NCBI RefSeq assembly: GCF_039654945.1
Contig: NW_027361698.1
Coordinates: forward strand, 58,342,001-58,406,000
Source: Dendrobates tinctorius
Lineage: Eukaryota
DNA length: 64,000 nt
Reading direction: 5' to 3'
Shown: positions 63,519-64,000 of the stretch, in pieces
Layout: every line of letters begins with the position of its first letter
Position numbering within the stretch: position 1 is the stretch's first letter
Program-made: the position numbers and the translations under genes
Notes under the pieces: generated by a model
The model's input: only the letters and a program-made list of their open reading frames with translations
Databases searched by the model: none
Told to the model about the DNA's origin: nothing

Positions 63519-64000
63519 TATCGGTCTGAAATTTTGAACCCCATCCAAGCCCTCCTTTCCTTTGGAAATCATGATGATTGTAGCTTCTAGCATGCTTTTT
63601 GGGAAACTACCTATAGCTGATACATGTTTAAATAGTACCTGAAGTTGTGGAGATAAAAGTCTGGAAAAAGCTGAAAATACTCATTTACAAAACCGTCTTG
63701 CCCAGGGGCCTTTGAGGGTTTGAGATTCTTAATTGTATTTGCAATTTCTTCAGTTCCAATAGACCTATTGAGGAGTTCCAAATCTAGCTTATTAATTTTT
63801 GGGAGTTTTAGACCCTTTAAAAAGGATTCTATGGAATTTAAACCGGGGGTGGGAGTTAAGGGATGCTCAGGTAAATTATATAGAGATTCGAAATACTCGG
63901 AAAAGGTATTCGCTATGTCTTGGTTTTGTGTTTTAATTACTCTCGATGACGATTGGATCTTGGAAATATTTTTTTAACACAATCTAATTTTAGCTTGGCC

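Larger units (their letters stand above)
52188..64000 (-). mobile_element. L1-clade LINE A (decayed ORF2) interrupted by a MITE, a Helitron and a second L1; continues past the window end
   Basis: ORF2 pieces at 63720-64000, 63540-63600, 60097-60414 (DQVGFIAGR, SLDAEKA, NGTRQ), 59611-59907 and 52453-53403 (CWRGCHCNGNLFHIYWSC). 3' end AATAAAAATTATTTGAAAA at ~52188-52206. Confidence 0.85.

Overview
This is vertebrate genomic DNA, most likely from an anuran amphibian (inferred from the repeat families). It is almost entirely transposable elements, and I found no convincing host-gene exon. The main feature is three same-orientation copies of one young PIF/Harbinger DNA transposon. Copy 1 (1506-6913) looks fully autonomous: a 2-exon DDE transposase (410 aa) converges on a 7-exon MADF+BESS-like partner gene (698 aa) with a variable Pro/Gln/PPxY repeat tail. 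Copy 2 (15530-21157) has its transposase broken by a related MITE. Copy 3 (21174-24549) starts 16 bp after copy 2, has lost the transposase, and carries an in-frame deletion of the MADF DNA-binding helices while the rest of the partner gene stays open. Several insertions of this family lack the canonical 3-bp TWA duplication on one side. The rest of the window holds CR1, L2 and L1 LINEs, a Penelope-like inverted fragment, a gag-only LTR element, solo LTRs, hAT and Tc1 pseudo-transposases, a Helitron, and many Harbinger, hAT and Kolobok MITEs, nested up to four deep. All gene models and boundaries were read by eye, with no alignments or database searches.
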